A stretch of DNA of 64,000 bases from Acidobacteriota bacterium (GCA_022826825.1 JAJDUD010000063.1:196512-260511); one strand, 5' to 3'; counted from the first letter of the stretch, positions 27,664 to 37,798 are shown. Notes: a model not told the origin generated them from the letters alone. Made by a program: numbers and translations.

Positions 27664-29028
27664 ATGCGCTGGAACCGGAATCTGGTCATCTCCGCCCTGC
27701 TGGCGGCTCTCGTCCTGCCGGTGCTCGCCGCCGGGCAATCGGCCCCCACGGTGCTGCCGCTCCGCGAGCGGGCGGCGCTCGTGGACCGCTGGCTCGAGGT
27801 CCGTTTCGAGACGGTCCTGCCGGAGATCATGCGGCGCGAGGGCGTGGACCTGTGGATCGTGGCGGCGCGGGAGTACAACGAGGACCCGGTCATCCGCACC
27901 ATGCTGCCCTACACCTGGCTGGCGGCGCGGCGGCGGACGGTGCTCCTGTTCCACGACCGCGGACCGGAGGAAGGCGTGGAGCGCCTCGCGGTGGCGCGCT
28001 ACGACATCGGCGGCATCCCCGGGGCCTGGGATCCCGAAACCGAACCCGACCAGTGGGCCCGGGTGGCGGACCTGGTCCGCGAGCGGAACCCCGGCGTGAT
28101 CGGGGTGAACCGATCGACGGACTTCGGCCTCGCCGACGGCATGACGTCCACGGAATACGACGCGCTGCGGGAGGCGCTCGGCCCCGACCTGGCCGGACGG
28201 TTGCAGGATGCCGAGCGGCTCGCCATCGCCTGGCTCGAGACCCGGACCCCGGAGGAGATGGCGGTCTATCCGGCGGTCGTCCGGCTGGCCCGTTCCATCA
28301 TCGCCGAGGGACTGTCGGAAAAGGCCATCCAGCCGGGAGTCACCACGACGCAGGACCTCTCCTGGTGGTACCGCGAGCGGATCCGTGAACTGAAGCTCCA
28401 GACCTGGTTCCAGCCGGGGGTCTCCGTGCAGCGGCACGAGGGAACGATGTTCGGCGGGGACTCCGGGGAGCAGGGCGACTTCTCTGCCCGGCCCCCTCCG
28501 GACACCATCCTGCCGGGCGACCTGATCCACGTGGATTTCGGAATCACCTATCTCCGGCTCAACACGGACACCCAGATGCACGCCTACGTGCTGCGGCACG
28601 GCGAAACGGCGGCCCCGGCGGGGCTCAACGAAGCCTTCTCGACCGGGAACCGGCTGCAGGACATCCTGACGGACGAATTCGTGACGGGACGTTCGGGCAA
28701 CGAGATCCTGGCGGCGGCGCTGGCCCAGGCCGGGAGCGAGGGGATCAAGGCCTCGATCTACACGCATCCGATCGGCTACCACGGCCACGCGGCGGGGCCC
28801 ACCATCGGCCTCTGGGACCGGCAGGAGGGCGTGCCGGGCAAGGGCGACTACGAGCTCTTTCCCATGACCGCCCACTCGATCGAGCTGAACGCCCGGGTGG
28901 CCGTGCCGGAATGGGACGGCCAGGAGGTCCGGATCGCCCTTGAAGAGGACGCCATCTTCGACGGGGAGACAACGACCTACATCGATCCGCGGATGGAGCG
29001 CCTGCTGCTGATCCCGCGCCCGCGCTAG
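27664..29028 (+). CDS. M24-family Xaa-Pro aminopeptidase / creatinase-like peptidase, secreted
   Basis: AAAGGAG RBS. Signal peptide. HVDFGITY...THPIGYHGH are pita-bread fold metal ligands. Confidence 0.8.
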   Translation: MRWNRNLVISALLAALVLPVLAAGQSAPTVLPLRERAALVDRWLEVRFETVLPEIMRREGVDLWIVAAREYNEDPVIRTMLPYTWLAARRRTVLLFHDRGPEEGVERLAVARYDIGGIPGAWDPETEPDQWARVADLVRERNPGVIGVNRSTDFGLADGMTSTEYDALREALGPDLAGRLQDAERLAIAWLETRTPEEMAVYPAVVRLARSIIAEGLSEKAIQPGVTTTQDLSWWYRERIRELKLQTWFQPGVSVQRHEGTMFGGDSGEQGDFSARPPPDTILPGDLIHVDFGITYLRLNTDTQMHAYVLRHGETAAPAGLNEAFSTGNRLQDILTDEFVTGRSGNEILAAALAQAGSEGIKASIYTHPIGYHGHAAGPTIGLWDRQEGVPGKGDYELFPMTAHSIELNARVAVPEWDGQEVRIALEEDAIFDGETTTYIDPRMERLLLIPRPR

Positions 29029-29029
29029 G

Positions 29030-29065
29030 AAGCGCCGGTGTTCACGCCGGCATGGCGATGGCAGG
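29030..29065 (-). repeat. Partial REP/BIME-like element. Hairpin GCCGGCG-TGAA-CACCGGC with a GCTCC flank
   Basis: The reverse complement, CGCCATGCCGGCGTGAACACCGGCGCTTCCT, matches the 9900-9930 module. Confidence 0.4.
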
Positions 29066-29122
29066 CCGTGAAGCGCCCGTCGCCGAACGAGGAGCCGGCT
29101 CCGTGACATCCTTGCCGCGCCC

Positions 29123-30472
29123 ATGACCGCGGTCCTCCTCGGCACCCTGTTCGTCGCGGTCACGATCGGCGTCCTGCGCCTCCATCCGTTCCTGGCGCTC
29201 ACCCTGGGCGCGATCCTGGCCGGCTCGCTCGCCCCCTCCGGGGTCTCGCCCCCGGACCGGGTCTTCGCGGCTCTCGAAGCGACCGCGGGCGCCTTCGGGG
29301 ATCTCGTCGGGGCCATCGGCATCGCCATCGCCCTCGCGGCAGTGATCGGAGACTGCCTGTTGCGGAGCGGCGCGGCGGACCGGATCGCGGGAGCGCTGCT
29401 CGGCCTCTTCGGGGAACGCCGGGCGGTCTGGGCGCTTGCCGCCGCGGCCTACGTGCTCTCGATCCCGGTGTTCTTCGACACGGTGTTCTTCCTGTTGATT
29501 CCCCTCGCCCGCGCGCTCGCCCGCCGGGCTCCCGGCCGCTACCCGATGTTCGTGATGGCGATCTGCGCGGGCGCGGTCGCCACCCATTCGCTCGTCCCCC
29601 CGACGCCCGGCCCCCTCGGGATGGCCGACAACCTCGGGCTGGACCTGGGGACCGCCATCGGGTTCGGACTGCTGCTCGGGATCCTGCCAACCGCGGCCAC
29701 GCTCCTCGCGGCGCCCCGGTTCGCGCGGGGGATGACCGTCGAACCGGACGGCAGCGATCTGCCGGGACCCGGACCGAAGACGGAACCGGGAAGCCGGCCA
29801 GGCCTCATCGCCTCCGTGTTTCCGATCGCGCTGCCGGTCGTGCTGATGAGCGGGGCCTCCGCTGCCGCCGCCGGCGGGGGGATTCCCGGAGCGGCCTGGG
29901 CGGCCGTCCTGGGTCACCGGAACGCGGCGCTCTTCCTGGCGGCGTTCGCGGCGGCCTTCGTGCTCTGGAAGACCCACCGGGCTCCGGTGAGACAACTTCT
30001 CGGTTCCTTCGGCGGAGCCATCGGCGAGGCCGGCCCCATCATCCTGATCACGGCCGCCGGCGGAGCCTTCGGGCGGGCTCTCGCGAGTGGCGGCGTCACC
30101 CAGGACCTCGCGCGCATCTCCTCCGCCGCGGACGGCGTCGGGCTGCTGCTCCTCGCCGCCGGGATCGCCTCCCTCCTCAAGCTCGCGCAGGGATCGGGGA
30201 CCGTCGCCATCCTCACCGGATCGGCCATCGTGGCGTCGCTGGTTCCCGATCCGGCCGCGCTCCCCTTTCACCCCGCCTACCTCTTCGCGGCGGTGGGCTT
30301 CGGCTCGATGGCGGCCTCCTGGATGAACGACAGCGGCTTCTGGGTGGTCGGCCGAATGTCCGGTTTCAGCGAGGGGGAGACGTTCCGCACCTGGACGGCG
30401 GTCGCCGCCGCGGTCGGAGTCTTCGGGGTGCTGCAGGTTCTGGTGCTCGCCACCCTCTTCCCGCTCGTCTGA
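29123..30472 (+). CDS. GntP-family permease (gluconate/organic-acid:H+ symporter)
   Basis: 449 aa, about 12 TM. VPPTPGPLGMA is a GntP signature. Confidence 0.75.
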   Translation: MTAVLLGTLFVAVTIGVLRLHPFLALTLGAILAGSLAPSGVSPPDRVFAALEATAGAFGDLVGAIGIAIALAAVIGDCLLRSGAADRIAGALLGLFGERRAVWALAAAAYVLSIPVFFDTVFFLLIPLARALARRAPGRYPMFVMAICAGAVATHSLVPPTPGPLGMADNLGLDLGTAIGFGLLLGILPTAATLLAAPRFARGMTVEPDGSDLPGPGPKTEPGSRPGLIASVFPIALPVVLMSGASAAAAGGGIPGAAWAAVLGHRNAALFLAAFAAAFVLWKTHRAPVRQLLGSFGGAIGEAGPIILITAAGGAFGRALASGGVTQDLARISSAADGVGLLLLAAGIASLLKLAQGSGTVAILTGSAIVASLVPDPAALPFHPAYLFAAVGFGSMAASWMNDSGFWVVGRMSGFSEGETFRTWTAVAAAVGVFGVLQVLVLATLFPLV

Positions 30473-30538
30473 CCGGCCACGTATGCTCGCCTTCCTCGGC
30501 GATCCACCCCCTGCGCCGAGTTCTACACGGATCAACCC

Positions 30539-31948
30539 ATGAGCGAAGCACGAAAGCCCCGTCCCGGGACGGCCAACCGCAGCCGGCGGGAGTTCATCCA
30601 GACCGTCGCGGCCGGATCGGCGCTGACCGCGGGCGTGCCGTCGGCGCTCGCGGGCGAACGCCGCACGATGGTTCGCCCGCAAACCCGCGGGCTGCCCCGC
30701 AAGTCTCCCGGCAGCCGGGTCGCGCCCTCCGACCGGATCGGCCTCGCCGTGATCGGTGCGGGCGGGATGGGGATGGCTGGCGTGGACACGGCGCTGCGCA
30801 TCCCGGGGGTCGAACTCGTGGCCGCCTGCGACGTCTTCGATGGCCGCCTCGACGCCGCCCGCGAGCGGCACGGCGGCATCTTCACGAGCCGCGACTACCG
30901 GGAGGTGCTCGCCCGCGAGGATGTGGACGCGGTCATCGTGGGGACGCCCGACCACTGGCACCAGCCCATCTCGGTGGATGCGCTCGAGGCGGGGAAGGCC
31001 GCGTACTGCGAAAAGCCGATGGTGCACGACATCGCCGAGGGGCACGGCCTGATCCGGGCGCAGGAGGCATCGGGGAGCGTCTTCCAGGTGGGCAGCCAGG
31101 GGATGAGTTCGCTCGGCAACGAGAAGGCGAAGGAGCTCTACGAGGAAGGCGCCATCGGCGAGCTCAACTACGCCGAGGGTTTCTGGGCGCGCAACGATCC
31201 GCTGGGCGCCTGGCAGTATCCGATCCCCGCCGGCGCGTCCGAAGAAACCGTCGACTGGAAGCGCTTCCTGGGCCCGGCGCCCGAGGTCCCCTACGACCCG
31301 CTGCGCGTCTTCCGCTGGCGCAACTACCGCGACTACGGGACCGGGGTCGCCGGCGACCTCTTCGTCCATCTCTTTTCGAGCCTCCACTTCATCGTGAGCT
31401 CCCGCGGTCCGACGCGCATCCAGGCGACGGGGGGGCTCCGCTACTGGGAGGACGGCCGCGAGGTGCCCGACGTGCTCCTCGGCATGTTCGACTATCCCGC
31501 GACCGACACGCACCCCGGCTTCAACCTGTCGCTGCGCGTCAACTTCGTGGATGGGACCTCCGGCAGCACCTTCCTGCGGCTCGTCGGAAGCGAGGGGTCG
31601 ATGGACGTGACCTGGACCGAGGTGGTGCTGCGCAAGAACGTGGCGGTCGACCCGATGGACGCCTTCTCCCGGGAAAAGATGGCCGACGCGGCGGGGGACC
31701 CGGAGGGCCTCCCCGCCCGGGTCCGCATGCAGCCCCCGGTGGAGATCCACCACGCGGTCGAGCGCGGCTACCGCGGCGCCCTGGTGGACCACTACGTGGG
31801 CTTCTTCGAGGCGGTGCGGGGCGGGTCGCCGGTGCTTCAGGACGCGGCCTTCGGCCTCCGGGCCGCCGCTCCCGCGCTGGCCTGCAACCTGGCCTATTTC
31901 CAGGACCGCAGCGTCGGCTGGGATCCCGAAGCCATGAGGCTCGCCTGA
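30539..31948 (+). CDS. Gfo/Idh/MocA-family oxidoreductase with a Tat signal
   Basis: RREFIQTVAAGSALTAG is a twin-arginine signal. GLAVIGAGGMG is the NAD-binding motif. Confidence 0.85.
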   Translation: MSEARKPRPGTANRSRREFIQTVAAGSALTAGVPSALAGERRTMVRPQTRGLPRKSPGSRVAPSDRIGLAVIGAGGMGMAGVDTALRIPGVELVAACDVFDGRLDAARERHGGIFTSRDYREVLAREDVDAVIVGTPDHWHQPISVDALEAGKAAYCEKPMVHDIAEGHGLIRAQEASGSVFQVGSQGMSSLGNEKAKELYEEGAIGELNYAEGFWARNDPLGAWQYPIPAGASEETVDWKRFLGPAPEVPYDPLRVFRWRNYRDYGTGVAGDLFVHLFSSLHFIVSSRGPTRIQATGGLRYWEDGREVPDVLLGMFDYPATDTHPGFNLSLRVNFVDGTSGSTFLRLVGSEGSMDVTWTEVVLRKNVAVDPMDAFSREKMADAAGDPEGLPARVRMQPPVEIHHAVERGYRGALVDHYVGFFEAVRGGSPVLQDAAFGLRAAAPALACNLAYFQDRSVGWDPEAMRLA

Positions 31949-31953
31949 CGAAC

Positions 31954-33297
31954 GTGAGAAACGACATGCAGAGAATCGGGAAAGCGCTGCTGGCGGCAGT
32001 CCTGGCCGCCGGCTGCGCGGACGTCGCCGAGACTCCCCCCACCGGGAGTACGGATGCCGGGACGGGCGCCTCCCCCGAAGACCGGTTCGGCCCGCCGAAC
32101 ACCCTCAGCGAAGCCGAGCGCGCCGCGGGCTGGCGCCTCCTGTTTGACGGAGAGACCGCCGCGGGCTGGCGCGGCTACAACCGGGAGGAGTTTCCCGACA
32201 CCGGGTGGGGAGTGATCGACGGCATGCTGGTCGTGGGCGCGACGGCCACGGACCCGGACGTCCCGGTGGGAGGCGACATCGTCACCACCGACTCCTTCAC
32301 CGACTTCGACCTCAGGTTCGAGTTCCGGCTCTCCGAGGTGGCCAACAGCGGCGTCCTCTACCGGGTGATCGAGGAAGAGGGCGCCGAGATCTGGTTCAAC
32401 GCGCCCGAGTACCAGGTCCTCGACGACGACGCCTACATCGAGATGGGCACGATGGACATGAACCGACATCTCACCGGCGACAACTACGACCTGCACGCCG
32501 CGGGCGAGAAGACCCTGCACGGACCCGGCGAATGGAACGAGGGCCGTATCCGGGTGCTGCACAACCACGTGGAGCACTGGCTGAACGGGACGAAGACGGT
32601 GGAGTACGAGCTCGGCTCACCCGAATGGGAGGAGCTGGTCGCGGCCAGCAAGTTCGCGGCCTATCCCCGCTACGGCCGCGCGGCGTCCGGGCCGATCGGC
32701 CTCCAGGACCACGGCAGGAACGTCTGGTACCGGAGCATCAGGATCCGGCCCCTCGAACCGGTCGCCCTGTTCAACGGCGAGAATCTCGACGGCTGGCAGG
32801 TGCACGGCACCGAGCGCTGGTACGTCGAGAACGGGGAACTGGTGTGCGAGAGCGGCCCCGACGCCGAATACGGCTATCTGAAGACCGCCCGGACGTTTCG
32901 CGACTTCGACCTCACGATCGACTTCCTGCAGGAGGCCGACGGCAACAGCGGGGTGTTCTTCCGTTCCAGTGTCGAGGGAACGATCGTGAACGGCTGGCAG
33001 GCCGAGGTGGCGCCGCCCGGCCTGTTCACCGGCGGCATCTACGAGTCGTACGGCCGCGGCTGGCTGGTGCAACCCGATCCGGCGCTGGACGCGGCCCTGA
33101 ACATGGGCGAGTGGAACACCTTGCGCCTGCGGGTGGTGGGCGACCGGGTGACCACCTGGCTGAACGGAACCCGCATGGTGGACTTCGAGGACGGGCGGAT
33201 CGGGGCGGCAGAGGGCTCGATCGCACTCCAGATCCACGACGGCGGCGGGATCAAGGTGCGCTGGCGGAACATCCGGGTGGTGGATCTGGGGGAGTAG
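31954..33297 (+). CDS. DUF1080 (3-keto-disaccharide hydrolase-like) lipoprotein with two tandem domains
   Basis: Lipobox LAAGCA. Two copies of the GWxxxxxGxxW...IQDHG.. pattern. It is the usual neighbour of a Gfo/Idh/MocA gene. Confidence 0.75.
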   Translation: MRNDMQRIGKALLAAVLAAGCADVAETPPTGSTDAGTGASPEDRFGPPNTLSEAERAAGWRLLFDGETAAGWRGYNREEFPDTGWGVIDGMLVVGATATDPDVPVGGDIVTTDSFTDFDLRFEFRLSEVANSGVLYRVIEEEGAEIWFNAPEYQVLDDDAYIEMGTMDMNRHLTGDNYDLHAAGEKTLHGPGEWNEGRIRVLHNHVEHWLNGTKTVEYELGSPEWEELVAASKFAAYPRYGRAASGPIGLQDHGRNVWYRSIRIRPLEPVALFNGENLDGWQVHGTERWYVENGELVCESGPDAEYGYLKTARTFRDFDLTIDFLQEADGNSGVFFRSSVEGTIVNGWQAEVAPPGLFTGGIYESYGRGWLVQPDPALDAALNMGEWNTLRLRVVGDRVTTWLNGTRMVDFEDGRIGAAEGSIALQIHDGGGIKVRWRNIRVVDLGE

Positions 33298-33314
33298 TTC
33301 GGACCGGCGCCGCA

Positions 33315-34751
33315 CTACACCGGTCCGTCTCCCCAAGGCCCCCACATCGCATACGTCGTGCTCGACCGTGAACCGTCAACGGTCGGCGATCCCTGCACGT
33401 TGAAGAACATCACCCTCCCGTCAGGGCTGAAACAGGTTCCCGCGTACTCACCGACCGGGTTCGGTGCATGCACCAGGTTGAAGATCCGCCCCTCGCGATT
33501 CAGGCCTCGGATGTAGTGATCGTCGGTCCCGTCTTCACAGAGCACGACCCCGCCCCGCGGGCTGACCACGATGTTGTCCGGGGCATCCAGCATCCGCCTG
33601 GACACCGACTCAAAGATCACCGTCAGTTCGCCGGCGTCATCGGACGTGGGACGGTAGTGGAAGACCTGTCCGCAACGGGCGGCGCCTCCGCTGGTGGACA
33701 CGATGTAGATGCCACCGTCGCCGTACCAGGCGCCTTCGAGCCGGTCGAAGCTCGCGGCGCCCTTCGCGAGGCCCTGCTGGAAGACCGCCATTGGATTCTC
33801 TTCGGCATCCGCAGGATCGGGATCGTCGATGTCAACCCAGTGGACCGGGAACACCGCGCCAGAGGTCTGTCCCCGCGCCATCTCGGCTCCGGCTCGGCCG
33901 GTGATCGCCAGCATCTGCAGGCGACCTCCGGCGGACAGCACTCCCGCCTGATTGGGGATGAATCGGTAAAAGCCCGAACCCACGACCGCATCGGGCTCGT
34001 AATCCTGGTCTTCGGTTTCGTAGACGATCCCGGTGGCCGGGTCCACCGCCGCCGCCTCGTGCTCGAATCGCCCCATCGCTCGCAGGGGCAACGGATCGAC
34101 CGGAGCCGTGGCGCTCGCCGGAACCTCGAAGATGTACCCGTGTGGCCGGAGGTAGCCGGCCCGCAGGCCTCGTACGGTCTCCTCGCAGGACAGCCAGCTT
34201 CCCCAGGGCGTTGGCCCGCCCGCGCAGTTCACCGAAGTGCCCGCCAGGGACACGAACTCATCCACCAGCTCGACTGTCAGGTCTCCGGCCGAGTCCGAGA
34301 TCCGGACCTCCAGCGACGTGGTTCCTCCGCTGGCCAGCGGATCGTAGTAGGGCTCGCCGATGGGTCGCGCATACGGACTCGTCGCGCTGTCGATCATTTC
34401 GTGGTTGCGGATCAGGCGGACGTTGCCGTTCGGCAGGGGGAAGGCGGCCATGCCGTCAAAGGCATTGGGGACTGCGAGATCCGGTCGTACCGACGAAGCC
34501 ACCCCGCCCGAACTCAGGGCTACGCAGCGGAAGCCCTCCGGAATCTCGAACTGGGGACTGTCCGGGCTGGTCACCAGTTGCCCGTAGTCGGGCGCGCGCG
34601 GCGGCTCTCCGGGCACGGCTGGTGCAGTCGATGGGGCGGGTACCGCCGGCGGGACGGGTTCCCGCGACTCGCTGCAACGCGCCAGCCCTATCAGGGACGG
34701 CGCCGATACGGCCAGCCGCTGGAGGAACAGACGACGGTCGATCGAGTTCAT
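33315..34751 (-). CDS. PhoX-like (DUF839) secreted phosphatase with a Tat signal
   Basis: RRLFLQRLAVSAPSLIGLA Tat motif. Layout of a beta-propeller DUF839 protein. Confidence 0.7.
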   Translation of the reverse strand: MNSIDRRLFLQRLAVSAPSLIGLARCSESREPVPPAVPAPSTAPAVPGEPPRAPDYGQLVTSPDSPQFEIPEGFRCVALSSGGVASSVRPDLAVPNAFDGMAAFPLPNGNVRLIRNHEMIDSATSPYARPIGEPYYDPLASGGTTSLEVRISDSAGDLTVELVDEFVSLAGTSVNCAGGPTPWGSWLSCEETVRGLRAGYLRPHGYIFEVPASATAPVDPLPLRAMGRFEHEAAAVDPATGIVYETEDQDYEPDAVVGSGFYRFIPNQAGVLSAGGRLQMLAITGRAGAEMARGQTSGAVFPVHWVDIDDPDPADAEENPMAVFQQGLAKGAASFDRLEGAWYGDGGIYIVSTSGGAARCGQVFHYRPTSDDAGELTVIFESVSRRMLDAPDNIVVSPRGGVVLCEDGTDDHYIRGLNREGRIFNLVHAPNPVGEYAGTCFSPDGRVMFFNVQGSPTVDGSRSSTTYAMWGPWGDGPV

Positions 34752-35105
34752 CGCAGACTCCCTGGTGTCAGATCATCGCGGAGTGGCGGGTAAGGGCAAA
34801 GTTGGCGAACACCTCTGTCGCTCCGATGTCTCATTCGCCCCGCCAGGTTCGCTATCAGGGTACGGCACTCACCGCCGTGCCCGTACGACAGGGAGGAGAG
34901 TCACCGCACCGACGGAGGCACAACGAGGGGCTGACTATCGGTTGACAGTGCAGTTCAGCAATCCGGAACGCGCCGGAGCGCGCCTCTGCTTCGGATGGCT
35001 GCGAACGCCTTGAGAAGAGGATTGGCGCCGTCCATCGGGGTTGCGGTTTTCGGTTCGGTGTCCCTGCTCTCTTTGGTCTGAGAAAGCCAGCCTGTTCGGG
35101 CTTGT

Positions 35106-35119
35106 CTATTCGAGAATAG
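35106..35119. promoter_or_regulatory. Perfect palindrome CTATTC-GA-GAATAG in the GC-poor region upstream of phoX-like
   Basis: A 6+2+6 inverted repeat. It stands out in 70% GC DNA. Confidence 0.3.
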
Positions 35120-35224
35120 GCACGCCGGGTTCGTCTCGCAGCGTATCGCCACCAGCGGAGAAAGACGGTACGCGGATCAAGAGCTTTGCCACACGAGAGA
35201 GTCGTGGAAGGCGCTTCCGCTGCG

Positions 35225-35340
35225 CTCTCGCGCAGCGGGTGCCGGCCGGAGGCCGGCGTTCCAAGCCGTCGTGCCGTGAGGGGGGTGAGCGCTCGGTGGC
35301 TGCGCTGGCCGGAGGCCAGCGCGTGCCGGCCTGAAGGCCG
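35225..35340. repeat. REP/BIME-like element cluster, type B variants
   Basis: Copies are GTGCCGGCCGGAGGCCGGCGTTCCAAGCCG, ...GGCCGGAGGCCAGC... and ...GCCGGCCTGAAGGCCGGTGG. Confidence 0.5.
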
Positions 35341-35359
35341 GTGGTCCCTGCCCCGCGCG

Positions 35360-37798
35360 CTACTGCAGGAACTCCCGTAGCCGCTCGCGGGCGAGGGTGA
35401 ACCGCTCCAGGATCCGGGGAACCGGGACATCTCCGTAGCGTTCCCGAACTTCTGCTTCGGAGAGATCGAGCGCCCGGAGCAGATCGCGGGCCGCGGCATT
35501 CGCCGCCGCCGGGTCGTGGCTCCCCACACCGCCGATCCAGACCGGCGAGGTCTGGGCGAACACCGAACCGTTCATGCCCGGCCAGCTCTCCTCGCCGCCA
35601 TGGGCCCGGGCCGCGACCCAGCCGCCGGCAGGGAGCGTCAGCACGCCGCTCAGCTCACGGACTCCCGCGCCGTCAAGTCCCTGAACGGTCTCCACGGTCT
35701 CGCCATTCACCAGCAGGTCCACCTGCCCCACCGGTCCGGTGTGGGCCAGCGTCAGGGTCCAGGCGGCCTCCCCGCCCTGCCCGGTCGCCTCGCCGGGACG
35801 CGCACCCTCCACCCGGAACTCCAGGAGCGGGCCCGTGGTCACGAAGCTCTTCCCGGCCTTGAGCGCCTCGAGATAGGGCCCGATGCGGAAGGGCCCCGGC
35901 ACGTGGACGTAGATCCGCGTCGTGCCCACCGCCATGGTCCGGTGGTAATCGAGCATCACGTCCGTCCCGGCCGAGGCGGCGAGCGGGATCCCCAGGTTCA
36001 GGAACCGGTGCCAGAGATCGGCGGTGCCGAACTCGTTGGTCCAGAGGCACGCGACCTCCAGGGTGTCCAGGTCCCCGAGCACCGTGTCGGGGATCACCAT
36101 GATCGGGATCGCGCCCAGGCCGCGCTCGCTGGCGAAGGGAGCGGCGACGGACACCGGATGCATGTAGGCGCTCACGCCGCCCTGGGCCCGGGTATGAGTG
36201 AGCGGCTCGAGGTTCGGCCGGTCGTCTTCTTCGTAGATCGGGTAACCCGGTCCCCAGAACCACGGCCAGAACGGACTCTCGATTCCGATCAGCCCAAGGT
36301 GGCCAAGAAAGTGGGACCGAACTTCCTGACCGAAGAGAATCGCGGGAGTGCCGTCGAGGCGGCGGTCCATGAAGAACTCGGTGTCGTTCCGCCGGTGGTG
36401 GAGGTTCGCCATGAGCGGGGTCCCGAGGTCCATGTCCTCCCCCGCCAGCATCAGTTCCAGGTCGTCGGGCGAGAGCCGGGTCACACCCCCGTAGTTGAGA
36501 TGGAAATGGTGGTCGGCGGAGCGGTATCCGGCCGCCCGGGCATCCCAGAGCGGTTGGAAGACCAGGTCGGCCTCTGCGGTTTCCCCGGGCGAAACCGCTA
36601 CCGAAGCCGCCGCGGGCAAGCTCGAGAAACCGTGGGTCGCCGTGATCCGCACCTCTCCGTCCGAAGCGGCCGGAACTTCGACCTCGACGACGCCCGGCGA
36701 GTAGAAGAAGACGCGGCCGTGCGTGCCGTCGAAGTGCGGGAAGTCCCCGGGGACCACCGCCGGATGCCCGCCGGGGTCGAGAACCTCGAGCCGCGCCGGG
36801 ACCGGCGCCGTCTCCCCCTGCCGGCGGGTGGTGATCCGGACGCGGGCCAGCGGCGCCCCGAAGTCCCAGGCCCGGATCGGGATTTCCTCGACCGGCCCAC
36901 CCCGCGTGCTGATCCGGTGCAGCCGGAAGCGTTCCGACTCGTCCGCCTCGGAATAGATCACGTGTTCGCCGTCGGCGGTGAACGCGGGAGTGAGCGGCAG
37001 ACCCCGCGCGGCCACCAGTTCCATCGGGTCCACCTTGGCCGGGTCGAGCAGCATGAGCCGGTAGCCGTCGGCGCCGTCACCCGCGGGCCAGTTCACGGCC
37101 AGCACGGCCTGTTCGCGGGCGGCGGCGGGCCGCGCCTGCGACGCAATGGACTCGGCGCGGAGTGAGGTCTCGGAGCCGTCGGCGGCCCGCACGATCACCT
37201 CGTCGGAAGACGACCGGCCCTTGGCCAGGTAGGCGAGGGCGCCGCCGGGCAGCGGTTGCGGGCGCACCTCGAGACCCCGGCGGCTGGTGATCCGGGCGGG
37301 TTCCCCGGTGTCGAGCGACAGCGCCCAGATGTCGAGATCGCCCTCGGTGGCGGCGCTGAAGTAGAGCGTTTCCCCGTCTGGCGCCCACGCCGGATCGAGC
37401 ACGATGGACTCGTCCTCGAACAGGAGCGTCTCCTCCCCGGTCGCGATATCGAGCGACCAGATCTTCAACGTTTCGGAGTCGTCACGCAGGAACGCGAGCC
37501 GGCTGCCGTCAGGGTGCCAAGCGGGACGGCTGTCGACTTCGGGCCCGTTGGTCACCCGCCGGGCCACCCCGGTCTCGGCGTCCAGCAACCAGATCCAGCC
37601 GCGCGCCGCGATCGCGATGGTCGCGCCGTCCGGGGAAGGCGCCGGGTCGGTGGGCCCGGCGGCGAGGGTGGGCAGCTCGAATCCCTCCACGTACACGTGG
37701 TGGTTGTAACCGTCCACTTTGGGATAACGGTTCGTCCACTGGGCGGAAACGAGCCCCGGGACAAGCGTGACGAGGAGGGAAAGGACACCCAGTCTCAT
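35360..37798 (-). CDS. Secreted TolB-like (PD40) beta-propeller fused to a CehA/McbA-type PHP metallohydrolase
   Basis: Signal peptide. PD40 repeats DSRPAWHPDGSRLAF and LDPAWAPDGETLYF. The C-terminal His-rich motif is DHHFHLNYGG. Confidence 0.6.
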   Translation of the reverse strand: MRLGVLSLLVTLVPGLVSAQWTNRYPKVDGYNHHVYVEGFELPTLAAGPTDPAPSPDGATIAIAARGWIWLLDAETGVARRVTNGPEVDSRPAWHPDGSRLAFLRDDSETLKIWSLDIATGEETLLFEDESIVLDPAWAPDGETLYFSAATEGDLDIWALSLDTGEPARITSRRGLEVRPQPLPGGALAYLAKGRSSSDEVIVRAADGSETSLRAESIASQARPAAAREQAVLAVNWPAGDGADGYRLMLLDPAKVDPMELVAARGLPLTPAFTADGEHVIYSEADESERFRLHRISTRGGPVEEIPIRAWDFGAPLARVRITTRRQGETAPVPARLEVLDPGGHPAVVPGDFPHFDGTHGRVFFYSPGVVEVEVPAASDGEVRITATHGFSSLPAAASVAVSPGETAEADLVFQPLWDARAAGYRSADHHFHLNYGGVTRLSPDDLELMLAGEDMDLGTPLMANLHHRRNDTEFFMDRRLDGTPAILFGQEVRSHFLGHLGLIGIESPFWPWFWGPGYPIYEEDDRPNLEPLTHTRAQGGVSAYMHPVSVAAPFASERGLGAIPIMVIPDTVLGDLDTLEVACLWTNEFGTADLWHRFLNLGIPLAASAGTDVMLDYHRTMAVGTTRIYVHVPGPFRIGPYLEALKAGKSFVTTGPLLEFRVEGARPGEATGQGGEAAWTLTLAHTGPVGQVDLLVNGETVETVQGLDGAGVRELSGVLTLPAGGWVAARAHGGEESWPGMNGSVFAQTSPVWIGGVGSHDPAAANAAARDLLRALDLSEAEVRERYGDVPVPRILERFTLARERLREFLQ

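Noticed and set aside
24425-29328. Extended N-termini of the glpK (917 aa) and D-aminoacylase (1122 aa) ORFs in the six-frame track
   Set aside because: The upstream extensions overlap the neighbouring genes in another frame and are Arg/Gly-rich. Internal ATGs at 25957 and 27540 give proteins of canonical length, with a signal peptide and RBS for the latter.
29042-31792. A 916-aa minus-strand ORF spanning the GntP and Gfo/Idh/MocA genes
   Set aside because: The plus-strand frames give recognisable GntP and oxidoreductase proteins with signals and RBS. The minus ORF is an Arg/Gly-rich artefact.
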